Below, one piece after another: positions 30,551-38,319 of a stretch of DNA of 40,953 bases. The position numbers were made by a program, and so were the translations under genes. This DNA comes from a virus (Duplodnaviria > Heunggongvirae > Uroviricota > Caudoviricetes). The DNA lies in IMG/VR virus record IMGVR_UViG_2703718856_000008, positions 1 through 40,953 of that record. The stretch is one strand, 5' to 3'. The number at the start of each line of letters is the position of its first letter. Position 1 is the first letter of the stretch. The notes below the pieces were generated by a model. The model was not told where the DNA came from and searched no databases. It saw nothing but the letters and a program-made list of their open reading frames with translations.

Positions 30551-31181
30551 TTCCAACCTCCGCATCAAAGCATTGGGCTTCAAGAGACTTAACCATCACC
30601 ACACTGCCATCTGTATTAATAACTATCGATGAGTTATATTTGCTTATCAGTTGCTTCGCGTAATCAATTCCGGCGCGAATAAGGAAATTTTTCACCGCAG
30701 GAAGATGACCAACTACACTACCCAGACCTTGCTCTATAAGCTCCTCATTAAGATCAAGCTCATTTTCATGGCGAAAAGAAATGAATGAGTCGTAAATTGC
30801 GTATTCTGCCGTCTCGCCATTTCTTTCAGGGCCAACCAGCGCCCTTATTTCATTTAGAGATTCAGAAAGATCATTATCTTCAAGCTTGAAAAACTCTCGA
30901 TTATCACTAAGCCTCTCTTTTGCAAAGGCTTTATGAATGAGTTTTTCATCTGATGCGGGATTATTTGAATGAAAGGCTGCTATCACCTTAAATGGCTTAG
31001 GAACGCCAGTAGAGGCTGAAATTTCTTTAGCCCTAACTTCTGGTGAATGCTTAGTCATCCCAATCTTATAAATTCCTGGCATGCACTCATTCGAAAGCAC
31101 ATAAACAAAGCCATTTGATTTAAAATCATCTGGCACCTTCATGCTCTTCAGAACCTGGAATTTGTCATTTTCGTATGTCAT
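30537..31181 (-). CDS. T5orf172 (GIY-YIG-like) domain protein with uncharacterised C-terminal domain
   Basis: 214 aa; NGFVYVLSNECMPGIYKIGMTKHSPEVRAKEIS...GVPKPFKVIAAFHSNNPASDEKLIHKAFAKERL..REFF matches the T5orf172/MUG113 signature; inserted between cII and O. Confidence 0.6.
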   Translation of the reverse strand: MTYENDKFQVLKSMKVPDDFKSNGFVYVLSNECMPGIYKIGMTKHSPEVRAKEISASTGVPKPFKVIAAFHSNNPASDEKLIHKAFAKERLSDNREFFKLEDNDLSESLNEIRALVGPERNGETAEYAIYDSFISFRHENELDLNEELIEQGLGSVVGHLPAVKNFLIRAGIDYAKQLISKYNSSIVINTDGSVVMVKSLEAQCFDAEVGNEPC

Positions 31182-31189
31182 AATTACTC

Positions 31190-31258
31190 CTGTGGATTGA
31201 TCCAGTCTTTCTACATCAGGCCTCGAAGAATTCGCCGTTCTTCGGGGCTTTTTCTTTT
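31190..31258 (+). ncRNA. oop: OOP-like antisense RNA overlapping the 3' end of cII (candidate)
   Basis: Plus-strand hairpin CGAAGAA-TTCGCCG-TTCTTCG followed by GGGCTTTTTCTTTT at 31224-31258, antisense to the cII 3' end as for lambda oop; the 5' end is not defined. Confidence 0.45.
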
Positions 31259-31494
31259 GTCAGCATTCTGGCTACTTTCTTAGCCAGTTCCGCCAACTCC
31301 TCGTCTTCAACACCCCATTCAAGAACAGCCAGAAGCATTCCCATTTTGGGGATGAAGCTGTCTTTCCATCGCGAAATTTGCGATTCATTAATCCCTAACG
31401 CGTCGGCAACCTTTCGCTGACCACGTACAGCAATTCGATTCAGGATGTTGCTTGTAATTGCATTCGCTTTCTTGCGAGTACTTGTAAGTTGCAT
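31216..31494 (-). CDS. cII: Transcriptional activator CII
   Basis: 92 aa from the ATG at 31494; ESQISRWKDSFIPKMGMLLAVLEWGVEDEELAELAKKVARMLT closely resembles lambda CII. Confidence 0.8.
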   Translation of the reverse strand: MQLTSTRKKANAITSNILNRIAVRGQRKVADALGINESQISRWKDSFIPKMGMLLAVLEWGVEDEELAELAKKVARMLTKEKAPKNGEFFEA

Positions 31495-31573
31495 ATGTAA
31501 GTATTTCCTTAGATAACAATTGATTGAATGTATGCAAATAAATGCATACACCATAGGTGTGGTTTAATTTGAT

Positions 31574-31605
31574 GCCCTTTTTCAGGGCTGGGATGTGTAA
31601 GAGCG
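31574..31605 (-). promoter_or_regulatory. nutR (N-utilisation site: boxA CGCTCTTACACA plus boxB hairpin GCCCTGAAAAAGGGC)
   Basis: Minus-strand sequence CGCTCTTACACATCCCAGCCCTGAAAAAGGGCATCAAATTAAACC between cro and cII; matches the lambda nutR consensus as recalled. Confidence 0.8.
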
Positions 31606-31613
31606 GGAATGTC

Positions 31614-31829
31614 TTAAGCGGCTTTGTGTTCCGGCGGGAACACGTCATCAAGACTGACTTTTGCGCCTAACTTGTTTAGGCACTCAACAAGAGCACGGCA
31701 TGTTTTAAGGTCTGGGAAGCGACGACCAGATTCCCAATGTCCGATAGCTCCCTGTGTGCATCCAACTGCCTTAGCAAGTGTTGTTTGAGAGATATTCAGT
31801 GACTCTCGATATTTTCGTAGGTTGCTCAT
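31614..31829 (-). CDS. cro: Cro-like HTH repressor (XRE family)
   Basis: 71 aa from the ATG at 31829 (GGAGGG RBS): MSNLRKYRESLNISQTTLAKAVGCTQGAIGHWESGRRFPDLKTCRALVECLNKLGAKVSLDDVF...; divergent from cI. Confidence 0.75.
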   Translation of the reverse strand: MSNLRKYRESLNISQTTLAKAVGCTQGAIGHWESGRRFPDLKTCRALVECLNKLGAKVSLDDVFPPEHKAA

Positions 31830-31940
31830 ATGCCCTCCATAGTAACCATGAAACAATAATACGATATGTACTTTTAGAATGCAAACAAAAAATACATCTT
31901 GTGCATGGATGGTTTTAGTACAGAGCGTAATAATAAGGGT
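31830..31940. promoter_or_regulatory. OR region: divergent PR/PRM promoters and operators between cro and cI
   Basis: 111-bp AT-rich intergenic region between divergent cro and cI; TAATAAT -10-like element ends about 7 nt before the cI ATG, suggesting a leaderless PRM transcript as in lambda; operators not resolved. Confidence 0.5.
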
Positions 31941-32600
31941 ATGAAAATGAAATGGTATGAACTGGCTAGATCCAGAATGAAAGAGCTCGGCATAACTCAA
32001 GAGAAGTTAGCTGAAGAGCTTGGTATGACGCAGGGTGGAATTGGTCACTGGTTGCGCGGATCTCGTCATCCATCTCTTGACGAGATTGGTGTGGTGTTTA
32101 AATACCTTGGTATTGATAACGTCTCATTCAACCACGACGGTACATTTTCACCTGTTGGCGAATACTCATCTGCCCCCGTTAAAAAACAATATGAGTACCC
32201 TGTTTTTTCTCATGTTCAGGCCGGGATGTTCTCGCCTGAGCTTAGAACCTTTACCAAAGGTGATGCGGAGAGATGGGTCAGCACAACCAAAAAAGCCAGT
32301 GATTGTGCGTTCTGGCTTGAAGTTGAAGGTAATTCCATGACCGCACCAACAGGATCCAAGCCAAGCTTTCCTGACGGGATGTTAATTCTCGTTGACCCTG
32401 AGCAGGCTGTTGAGCCAGGTGATTTCTGCATAGCCAGACTTGGTGGTGACGAGTTTACCTTCAAGAAACTGATCAGGGATAGCGGTCAGGTGTTCCTACA
32501 ACCACTAAACCCGCAATATCCAATGATCCCATGCAATGATAGCTGTTCCGTTGTAGGGAAAGTTATCGCCAGCCAGTGGCCAGAAGAGACGTTTGGGTGA
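31941..32600 (+). CDS. cI: CI prophage repressor, chimeric: non-lambda XRE HTH N-terminal domain fused to a lambda-type C-terminal dimerisation/autocleavage domain
   Basis: C-terminal 130 aa ([73 protein letters not shown]...[10 protein letters not shown]) recalled as near-identical to lambda CI; N-terminal 90 aa differ; alternative start ATG at 31947. Confidence 0.9.
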   Translation: MKMKWYELARSRMKELGITQEKLAEELGMTQGGIGHWLRGSRHPSLDEIGVVFKYLGIDNVSFNHDGTFSPVGEYSSAPVKKQYEYPVFSHVQAGMFSPELRTFTKGDAERWVSTTKKASDCAFWLEVEGNSMTAPTGSKPSFPDGMLILVDPEQAVEPGDFCIARLGGDEFTFKKLIRDSGQVFLQPLNPQYPMIPCNDSCSVVGKVIASQWPEETFG

Positions 32601-32625
32601 TAGGAATGGATGTTAAGGATTAAGA

Positions 32626-33672
32626 ATGTCAGCGATTGATCAACCTGCGCAATATGTTATCAAGTCAGAAGACGACTTTGTATCTTTTGTAACAGAAATG
32701 CTCGGAAGGAAGGACATCGACTCAAGCGACTTCACATTCCCTAACGTAGTTTTCAGTGGATGGCCAAAGATCAATATTAATGTAAAAGGCGATCCAAATA
32801 GATATAATTCTTCATTGACTGCGTCAATGCTTTTTGGTATGGCAGAGCTTACGCATGAAATACAAAAAGCATTTACGGTAGTCAGTCACAGCACTCATAA
32901 TCGGCAGAAGCTAAAAGATGCAGAGAAAGGTTTGCTGGATATTGTCTACCGAATAAGCGAAGGCTCAAGCCAAGCGGATGGTGACTCAGATCCGATTGTA
33001 AACGGAGTGGTGACAGTGTTTACTCAAGCGATAGGCAAAATGACAGGAAGGCAAGCACTATGCGCCGTCGCCGCTATCGTCTTAGCTGCCAGCACGGTAG
33101 GCTATAAGTGGATCAATGAGTACTACGAAACACAGCGACATGACCAAGATTCTCAGGTGCAATTGGTGGAAAAAAGCACCAAAGCGGTAAACGAAGCACA
33201 AGACAATGTGCTCAAGTTGTTGATTAGCGGTCAAACAAACATTAGCAGAGAGGTTCTGGCTCACGGCGAGGATGGTAAAAGCAAGTTGCTTAAAAAGCTT
33301 GCTCAAGACTCGTCAGTTGAGAGGGTAACAATTGGTCAGAGAGTGGTAAATAGAGAACAGTTGAATACCTTAAACCAAAGACAATCAATTGATCGAAAAA
33401 AGGAAACTAGAAGAGATAACTTTTATGTCACGGGCGTTCGTCGCTCGGGAGAAACAAATCAGGACATAAATATTGACGTCATAAGGGTTTCAAATGGTGA
33501 ATCTTTCACCATAAAAACCTCAGCCGACATAACATCTACTGATGAGCTTCTTGAGTTTTTGAATGCTGTAGCCAAAGAGTCAACTGTTGAAATTTCATAC
33601 CTAGAGGTTGTAGAAAATGGGCACATTTCAACAGGGCAATTGATAAATATATTCCCCAGCGAACCAGAGTGA
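32626..33672 (+). CDS. Uncharacterised 348-aa protein with a central hydrophobic segment, co-transcribed with cI (rexAB position)
   Basis: RBS AAGGA 7 nt upstream; begins 25 nt after cI; followed by an intrinsic terminator; no domain recognised; hydrophobic stretch ALCAVAAIVLAASTVGY around residue 150. Confidence 0.6.
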   Translation: MSAIDQPAQYVIKSEDDFVSFVTEMLGRKDIDSSDFTFPNVVFSGWPKININVKGDPNRYNSSLTASMLFGMAELTHEIQKAFTVVSHSTHNRQKLKDAEKGLLDIVYRISEGSSQADGDSDPIVNGVVTVFTQAIGKMTGRQALCAVAAIVLAASTVGYKWINEYYETQRHDQDSQVQLVEKSTKAVNEAQDNVLKLLISGQTNISREVLAHGEDGKSKLLKKLAQDSSVERVTIGQRVVNREQLNTLNQRQSIDRKKETRRDNFYVTGVRRSGETNQDINIDVIRVSNGESFTIKTSADITSTDELLEFLNAVAKESTVEISYLEVVENGHISTGQLINIFPSEPE

Positions 33673-33683
33673 TGCACTCCAAA

Positions 33684-33712
33684 CCCGGCCTCAGCGCCGG
33701 GTTTTCTTTTTC
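33684..33712 (+). terminator. Intrinsic terminator ending the cI operon (timm-like)
   Basis: Hairpin CCCGGC-CTCAGC-GCCGGG followed by TTTTCTTTTTCC, 12 nt after the stop of the 348-aa gene. Confidence 0.7.
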
Positions 33713-33776
33713 CAAAATATAAACCCATTAAATACAAAGCGTTATAAAAAACTAATTATATTTAGAACATTTTGTA

Positions 33777-33805
33777 TTGACTCGATAAAGTACAAATCGT
33801 ACTAT
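33777..33805 (+). promoter_or_regulatory. pL-like early leftward promoter
   Basis: TTGACT (-35), 17-nt spacer, TACTAT (-10), about 45 nt upstream of nutL and 270 nt upstream of N; flanking TTTGTA/TACAAA inverted repeats could be OL operators. Confidence 0.45.
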
Positions 33806-33845
33806 TTAGCCATCAGCAGGACGCACTGACCACCATTGAAGGTGA

Positions 33846-33876
33846 GGCTCTTAAAAATTTAGCCCTGAAGAAGGGC
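33846..33876 (+). promoter_or_regulatory. nutL (boxA GCTCTTAAAAA plus boxB hairpin GCCCTGAAGAAGGGC)
   Basis: Sequence GGCTCTTAAAAATTTAGCCCTGAAGAAGGGCAGCATTCAAAGCAGAAGGCTTTGGG matches lambda nutL as recalled. Confidence 0.8.
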
Positions 33877-34074
33877 AGCATTCAAAGCAGAAGGCTTTGG
33901 GATTGGATGAATGAGCAGGCTGATGCTCGACCAATGTATAAACAGCGCTCATGGCAAGCAGTAACCAATCTGCGCCTCAAGACAGCGTCACTGGTAGTGC
34001 GGGCGCTCTAACCAGTAAGCCGGGGTTCAGCGCCGGCCATCCAATCACCAAAGCTAACTGACAGGAGAATCCAG

Positions 34075-34401
34075 ATGGATGCACAAACACGCCGCCGCGA
34101 ACGTCGCGCAGAGAAACAGGCTCAATGGAAAGCAGCAAATCCCCTGTTGGTTGGGGTAAGCGCAAAACCAGTTAACCGCCCTATTCTCTCGCTGAATCGC
34201 AAACCGAAATCACGAGTAGAAAGCGCACTGAATCCGATAGACCTTACAGTGCTGGCTGAATACCACGAACAGATTGAAAGCAACCTGCAACGTATTGAGC
34301 GCAAGAATCATCGAGTTTGGTATAGCAAGCCACGCAGTGAAATGGGTGTGACTTGTGTTGGTCGCCAGAAAATGAAATTAGGCAGCAAACCACTTATTTG
34401 A
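34075..34401 (+). CDS. N: Antiterminator N
   Basis: 108 aa MDAQTRRRERRAEKQAQWKAANPLLVGVSAKPVNRPILSLNRKPKSRVESALNPIDLTVLAEYH... (arginine-rich boxB-binding motif), recalled as near-identical to lambda N. Confidence 0.95.
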   Translation: MDAQTRRRERRAEKQAQWKAANPLLVGVSAKPVNRPILSLNRKPKSRVESALNPIDLTVLAEYHEQIESNLQRIERKNHRVWYSKPRSEMGVTCVGRQKMKLGSKPLI

Positions 34402-34479
34402 GGTGAGATATGGAAGAAGAATTTGAAGAGTTCGAAGAGCATCCGCAGGATGTGATGGAGCAATACCAGGACTATCCTT

Positions 34480-34680
34480 ATGACTACGACTATTGATAAA
34501 AATCAATGGTGTGGACAATTCAAGCGATGCAATGGATGCAAACTGCAATCGGAATGCATGGTTAAGCCTGAAGAAATGCTTCCTGTAATGGAGGATGGGA
34601 AGTATGTCGATAAATGGGCAATACGAACTACGGCAATGATTGCCAGAGAACTTGGTAAACAGAATAACAAGGCTGCCTGA
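34480..34680 (+). CDS. ral: Restriction alleviation protein Ral
   Basis: 66 aa MTTTIDKNQWCGQFKRCNGCKLQSECMVKPEEM..., recalled as near-identical to lambda Ral. Confidence 0.9.
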   Translation: MTTTIDKNQWCGQFKRCNGCKLQSECMVKPEEMLPVMEDGKYVDKWAIRTTAMIARELGKQNNKAA

Positions 34681-34699
34681 CGGTGGCCTTTATTTTTGG
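34669..34699 (+). terminator. Candidate intrinsic terminator overlapping the ral stop codon
   Basis: AAGGCUGCC-UGAC-GGUGGCCUU (9-bp stem with two G-U pairs) followed by UAUUUUUGG. Confidence 0.45.
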
Positions 34700-34718
34700 C
34701 ATAACAACAGAGGCTAAC

Positions 34719-34988
34719 ATGGAATTTAAAGGTACTAGGAAAAATTGGCGAGAAGCCAATTTTGCAGGCTTAATTTTATTTTCACACCCGGGAATGGCCC
34801 TATCCGGTAAAGAAACAGAAGAGGCCGTAGCAAATGGAAGGTTGGCTATGGCTGCACCGGATTTACTTGAAGCACTTCAGTTATTACTTAAGCAAGCCGA
34901 AAATAGAACAACGACAACATATCCAGAATGGTATGGAGCTGTTAATAAGGCTCGCGAAGCTATCAAAAAAGCCCTAGGTGATGAGTAA
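34719..34988 (+). CDS. Hypothetical 89-aa protein
   Basis: ATG at 34719 with AGAGG RBS; in frame with the longer GTG-initiated ORF from 34683. Confidence 0.4.
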   Translation: MEFKGTRKNWREANFAGLILFSHPGMALSGKETEEAVANGRLAMAAPDLLEALQLLLKQAENRTTTTYPEWYGAVNKAREAIKKALGDE

Positions 34989-35278
34989 TGAATAAGAGAT
35001 ACATCGTTGAAGTTATAGAGCGAGAAACAAAAGAAGTAATTAAACATTTCGAATTTGATAATTATAGAAAAGCTGACCGAGTAGAAGAAGGATTGTTGCG
35101 ACAAAGTAATCTCGAAAAATTTGATGTTGTCATGCGATGCGAATAAGCGCCTATAGCAGATTTACGAGTCTGCTATGTGAGCAATGTCGCTCGTAACTAA
35201 ACAGGAGCCGACTTGTTCTGATTATTGGAAATCTTCTTTGCCCTCCAATGTGAGGGCAATTTTTTTGATGGAGGATAT

Positions 35279-36247
35279 ATGAGTGAAGTAACAGATTTAG
35301 TTGTTATTGAAAAAGCAAATGCAATGACTGTATTTCAGTCTGCCGACCAGATTGAAGAAATCCTTCAAAAGGTTGAACGTGAAGTTATGTCCTTTGTGCC
35401 TGATATCACAACGGCAAAGGGCAGAAAGGAGATCGCTTCTCTGGCGTATAAAGTTGCGCAGACGAAAACATATCTCGATGGTCTTGGCAAAGACCTTGTT
35501 GCTGAACTGAAGGAAATTCCAAAGCTAATTGATGCCAACCGCAAGACAGTGCGCGATCGCCTTGATGAACTGAAAGCCAAGGCACGCCAGCCTCTTACTG
35601 ATTATGAGGAGGAACAGGCGCGGATTAAAGCCGAAGAAGAAGCTAAGGCAGCAGCTGAAGCTCTCGCAAAGCAAATTGAGTCTGACCATGAAATAGCTAT
35701 TTTGATGGATCGCGAATTTGACCGCCAAAGAGAAGAGGCAAGACTCAAAGCGGAGCAGGAAAAGCGAGAGCATGAAGAACGATTAAAAAGAGAAGCTGAA
35801 GAGAAAGCCAGAGCAGAAGCCGAAGCAAAGGCAAAAGCCGAAATTGAAGCAGCAGCAAGGCGAGAAGCAGAAGCTAAGGCCGCAGCGGAACGTGCAGAGC
35901 GTGAACGCATTGAAGCCGAGCAACGAGCACAGCGCGAAGCAAAAGAGGCAGCAGAACGAGCTGAAAGAGAAAAGCAGGCAGCAATTGAAGCAGAACGCAG
36001 AAAAGCACAGGAGGAGGCTGAACGAATCCGTCGCGAGGCTGAAGCAAAAGAGCAAGCCAGAATAGCAGAAGAAAAAAGAATCAAGGACGAAGAAGAGCGT
36101 AGAGCAAAGGATAAAGCTCACCGGAAAGAAGTAAATAACAAAATACTTGCTGACCTTATCAAGGTTGGCGCATCAGAAGATGTTGCTAAAAATATCATAA
36201 CAGCCATCGTAAAAGGCGAAGTATTCGCAACAAAAATAACCTACTAA
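35279..36247 (+). CDS. Highly charged coiled-coil protein (Lys/Glu/Ala/Arg-rich repeats) upstream of the recombinase
   Basis: 322 aa from the ATG at 35279 (GGAGG RBS); about 200 residues of AEAKAKAE / EREREAE low-complexity helix-forming sequence between N- and C-terminal globular segments. Confidence 0.5.
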   Translation: MSEVTDLVVIEKANAMTVFQSADQIEEILQKVEREVMSFVPDITTAKGRKEIASLAYKVAQTKTYLDGLGKDLVAELKEIPKLIDANRKTVRDRLDELKAKARQPLTDYEEEQARIKAEEEAKAAAEALAKQIESDHEIAILMDREFDRQREEARLKAEQEKREHEERLKREAEEKARAEAEAKAKAEIEAAARREAEAKAAAERAERERIEAEQRAQREAKEAAERAEREKQAAIEAERRKAQEEAERIRREAEAKEQARIAEEKRIKDEEERRAKDKAHRKEVNNKILADLIKVGASEDVAKNIITAIVKGEVFATKITY

Positions 36248-36271
36248 TAAAACCAACATAAGGAACCACCC

Positions 36272-36403
36272 ATGATTTACGCAATCGCGGGAGGCGCTCG
36301 CATGGGTGCCTTCCAACTAAATGAATCTTTACTTGAACGAATCACCCGTAAATTACGTGACGGATGGAAAAGAGTTGAGGTCTTATTATGCGCAATGAAA
36401 TAG
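36272..36403 (+). CDS. cIII: CIII-like protease inhibitor (hand-called, 43 aa)
   Basis: MIYAIAGGARMGAFQLNESLLERITRKLRDGWKR...; the ESLLERITRKLRDGWKR core matches lambda CIII; AAGGA RBS 7 nt upstream. Confidence 0.6.
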   Translation: MIYAIAGGARMGAFQLNESLLERITRKLRDGWKRVEVLLCAMK

Positions 36404-36794
36404 CCATCAATCACCAGATGCTTCGTGCAGCACAGAACAAAGCAGTAATAGCCAGATTTATTGGTAATTCAAAAATGTGGATTGAAGCAAATAAAGCGAT
36501 GAAATCAGCTATCAACCTTCCGTGGTATCGCAGGAAATGAGTTTTACAGATAACTGGTCAGACGAAGAATTCATTCGTCAGATGAAAGAATTAATCGGTA
36601 ACGAAGGAGATATTCATGTCACTTGCAACCACAGTGAAGGAGAGCAAGTTACAGAGACGCATGTACACGCAGAAAGCTCTCTGGTATCGCCATAATGGCG
36701 ACCGCGAAGGAATGCGGGTATGCCTTAATTTGTCCCGAGTCGAAGTATTAAATCAGCGTTATTTCCTTGGGCCGTGTCCATTCTGAGGTGAATT

Positions 36795-37502
36795 ATGGAT
36801 TTGAACAAATTCGATGAGCCATTCAGCCCTGAAGATATCGAATGGCGAATACAGCAAAGCGGTAAAACACGCGATGGCAAGGTGTGGGCTATGGTGCTGG
36901 CTTATGTCACGAACCGGGCAATCATGAAGCGCCTGGACGATGTTTGCGGCAAAGCAGGATGGCGCAATGAATACCGCGATATTCCCAACAACGGCGGAGT
37001 TGAATGCGGCATATCAATCAAGATTGATTCCGAATGGGTAACCAAATGGGATGCTGCTGAAAACACGCAGGTAGAAGCCGTCAAAGGCGGTCGTTCCGGT
37101 GCAATGAAGCGCGCTGCCGTTCAGTGGGGAATCGGTCGGTATCTGTATAACCTTGAGGAAGGTTTTGCACAAACATCTCTCGATAAAAAGCAGGGATGGC
37201 ACAGGGCAAAACTCAAGGATGGAACAGGATTTTACTGGCTCCCTCCATCGCTGCCAGGCTGGGCAATCCCAGCATCAGATAACAAACCATCACCAGAAAA
37301 TACCAACCAGAAATCTCCATCGGTTGACTGCGAGCAAATCCTGAAAGACTTCAGCGATTATGTGTCAACAGAAACTGACAAGAAAAAACTCATCGAGCGT
37401 TATCAGCGTGACTGGCAATTAATGGCTGGCAACGAGGAAGCGCAGGCTAAATGCGTTCAGGTAATGAACATCAGAGTTAACGAACTAAAACAGGCGGCAT
37501 AA
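36795..37502 (+). CDS. Single-strand annealing protein, Rad52/22 family (Sak-like)
   Basis: 235 aa; IEWRIQQSGKTRDGKVWAMVLAYVTNRAIMKRLDDVCGKAGWRNEY fits the Rad52 N-domain signature; immediately upstream of ssb. Confidence 0.7.
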   Translation: MDLNKFDEPFSPEDIEWRIQQSGKTRDGKVWAMVLAYVTNRAIMKRLDDVCGKAGWRNEYRDIPNNGGVECGISIKIDSEWVTKWDAAENTQVEAVKGGRSGAMKRAAVQWGIGRYLYNLEEGFAQTSLDKKQGWHRAKLKDGTGFYWLPPSLPGWAIPASDNKPSPENTNQKSPSVDCEQILKDFSDYVSTETDKKKLIERYQRDWQLMAGNEEAQAKCVQVMNIRVNELKQAA

Positions 37503-38009
37503 ATGGCAAGCAGAGGCGTAAATAAGGTGATTATCCTTGGTCGGGTAGGACAAGACCCGGAAGTTCGATACTCACCATCAGGAACAGCGTTCGCTAACCT
37601 GACAATAGCCACGTCAGAACAATGGCGAGATAAAAATACTGGCGAGCAAAAGGAATTGACTGAATGGCATCGTGTTGCTGTATCCGGGAAACTGGCTGAG
37701 GTCGTGGGGCAGTATGTGAAAAAAGGTGATCAGATTTATTTCGAGGGAATGCTGAGAACCAGAAAGTGGAAAGACCAGTCAGGACAAGACCGTTACACAA
37801 CCGAGGTTCATGTCGGAATTAATGGCGTGATGCAAATGCTTGGCGGCATTGGCGACAGCAAACAACAAGCAGCCAGCAGGCAATCACAGAAGCCACAGCA
37901 GCAATCATCACCAGCACAACACAACGAACCACCTATGGATTTTGACGACGATATACCCTTTGCACCAGTAACTCTCCCCTTCCCTCGTCACGCTATTCAC
38001 GCAATTTAA
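37503..38009 (+). CDS. ssb: Single-stranded DNA-binding protein SSB with a 15-aa extension beyond the canonical DDDIPF tip
   Basis: OB-fold N-terminus ([44 protein letters not shown]...), Gln/Gly-rich linker, then DFDDDIPF followed by [15 protein letters not shown]. Confidence 0.9.
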   Translation: MASRGVNKVIILGRVGQDPEVRYSPSGTAFANLTIATSEQWRDKNTGEQKELTEWHRVAVSGKLAEVVGQYVKKGDQIYFEGMLRTRKWKDQSGQDRYTTEVHVGINGVMQMLGGIGDSKQQAASRQSQKPQQQSSPAQHNEPPMDFDDDIPFAPVTLPFPRHAIHAI

Positions 38010-38022
38010 TCAGGAGAAAATC

Positions 38023-38319
38023 ATGCCAGCGCCTCTGTATTGTGCGGATGACGCGCGCCGCTGTTCCGGCAATTCCGTATCGGAGGTGCTGGATAAATTC
38101 AGGAAAAACTACGACCGGATAATGTCGCTACCGCAGGAAACGAAAGAGGAAAAGGAGTTTCGCCACTGCATATGGCTTGCAGAGAAAGAAGAACGCGAGC
38201 GAATTTACCAGACATCAATCCGACCATTCCGCAAAGCCACATATACCCACTTCCCTGAATATATCGACCCGCGCCTGCGTAATTACCGCTCACGCTATGG
38301 CGCTATCAGTAATGACTGA
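38023..38319 (+). CDS. Hypothetical 98-aa protein
   Basis: ORF with GGAG upstream; Cys-containing N-terminus, basic. Confidence 0.4.
   Translation: MPAPLYCADDARRCSGNSVSEVLDKFRKNYDRIMSLPQETKEEKEFRHCIWLAEKEERERIYQTSIRPFRKATYTHFPEYIDPRLRNYRSRYGAISND

Noticed and set aside
31388-31651. 87-aa minus-strand ORF overlapping the cII 5' end, nutR and the cro 3' end
   Set aside because: Overlaps the nutR boxA/boxB site and the confidently assigned cII start; alternative-frame read-through with no RBS.
35365-36121. Four antisense ORFs (71-160 aa) overlapping the coiled-coil gene on the minus strand
   Set aside because: Artefacts of the low-complexity GAA/GCA-rich repeat DNA; the products are Ser/Ala/Cys/Phe-rich nonsense and the sense-strand gene has a good RBS and operon context.
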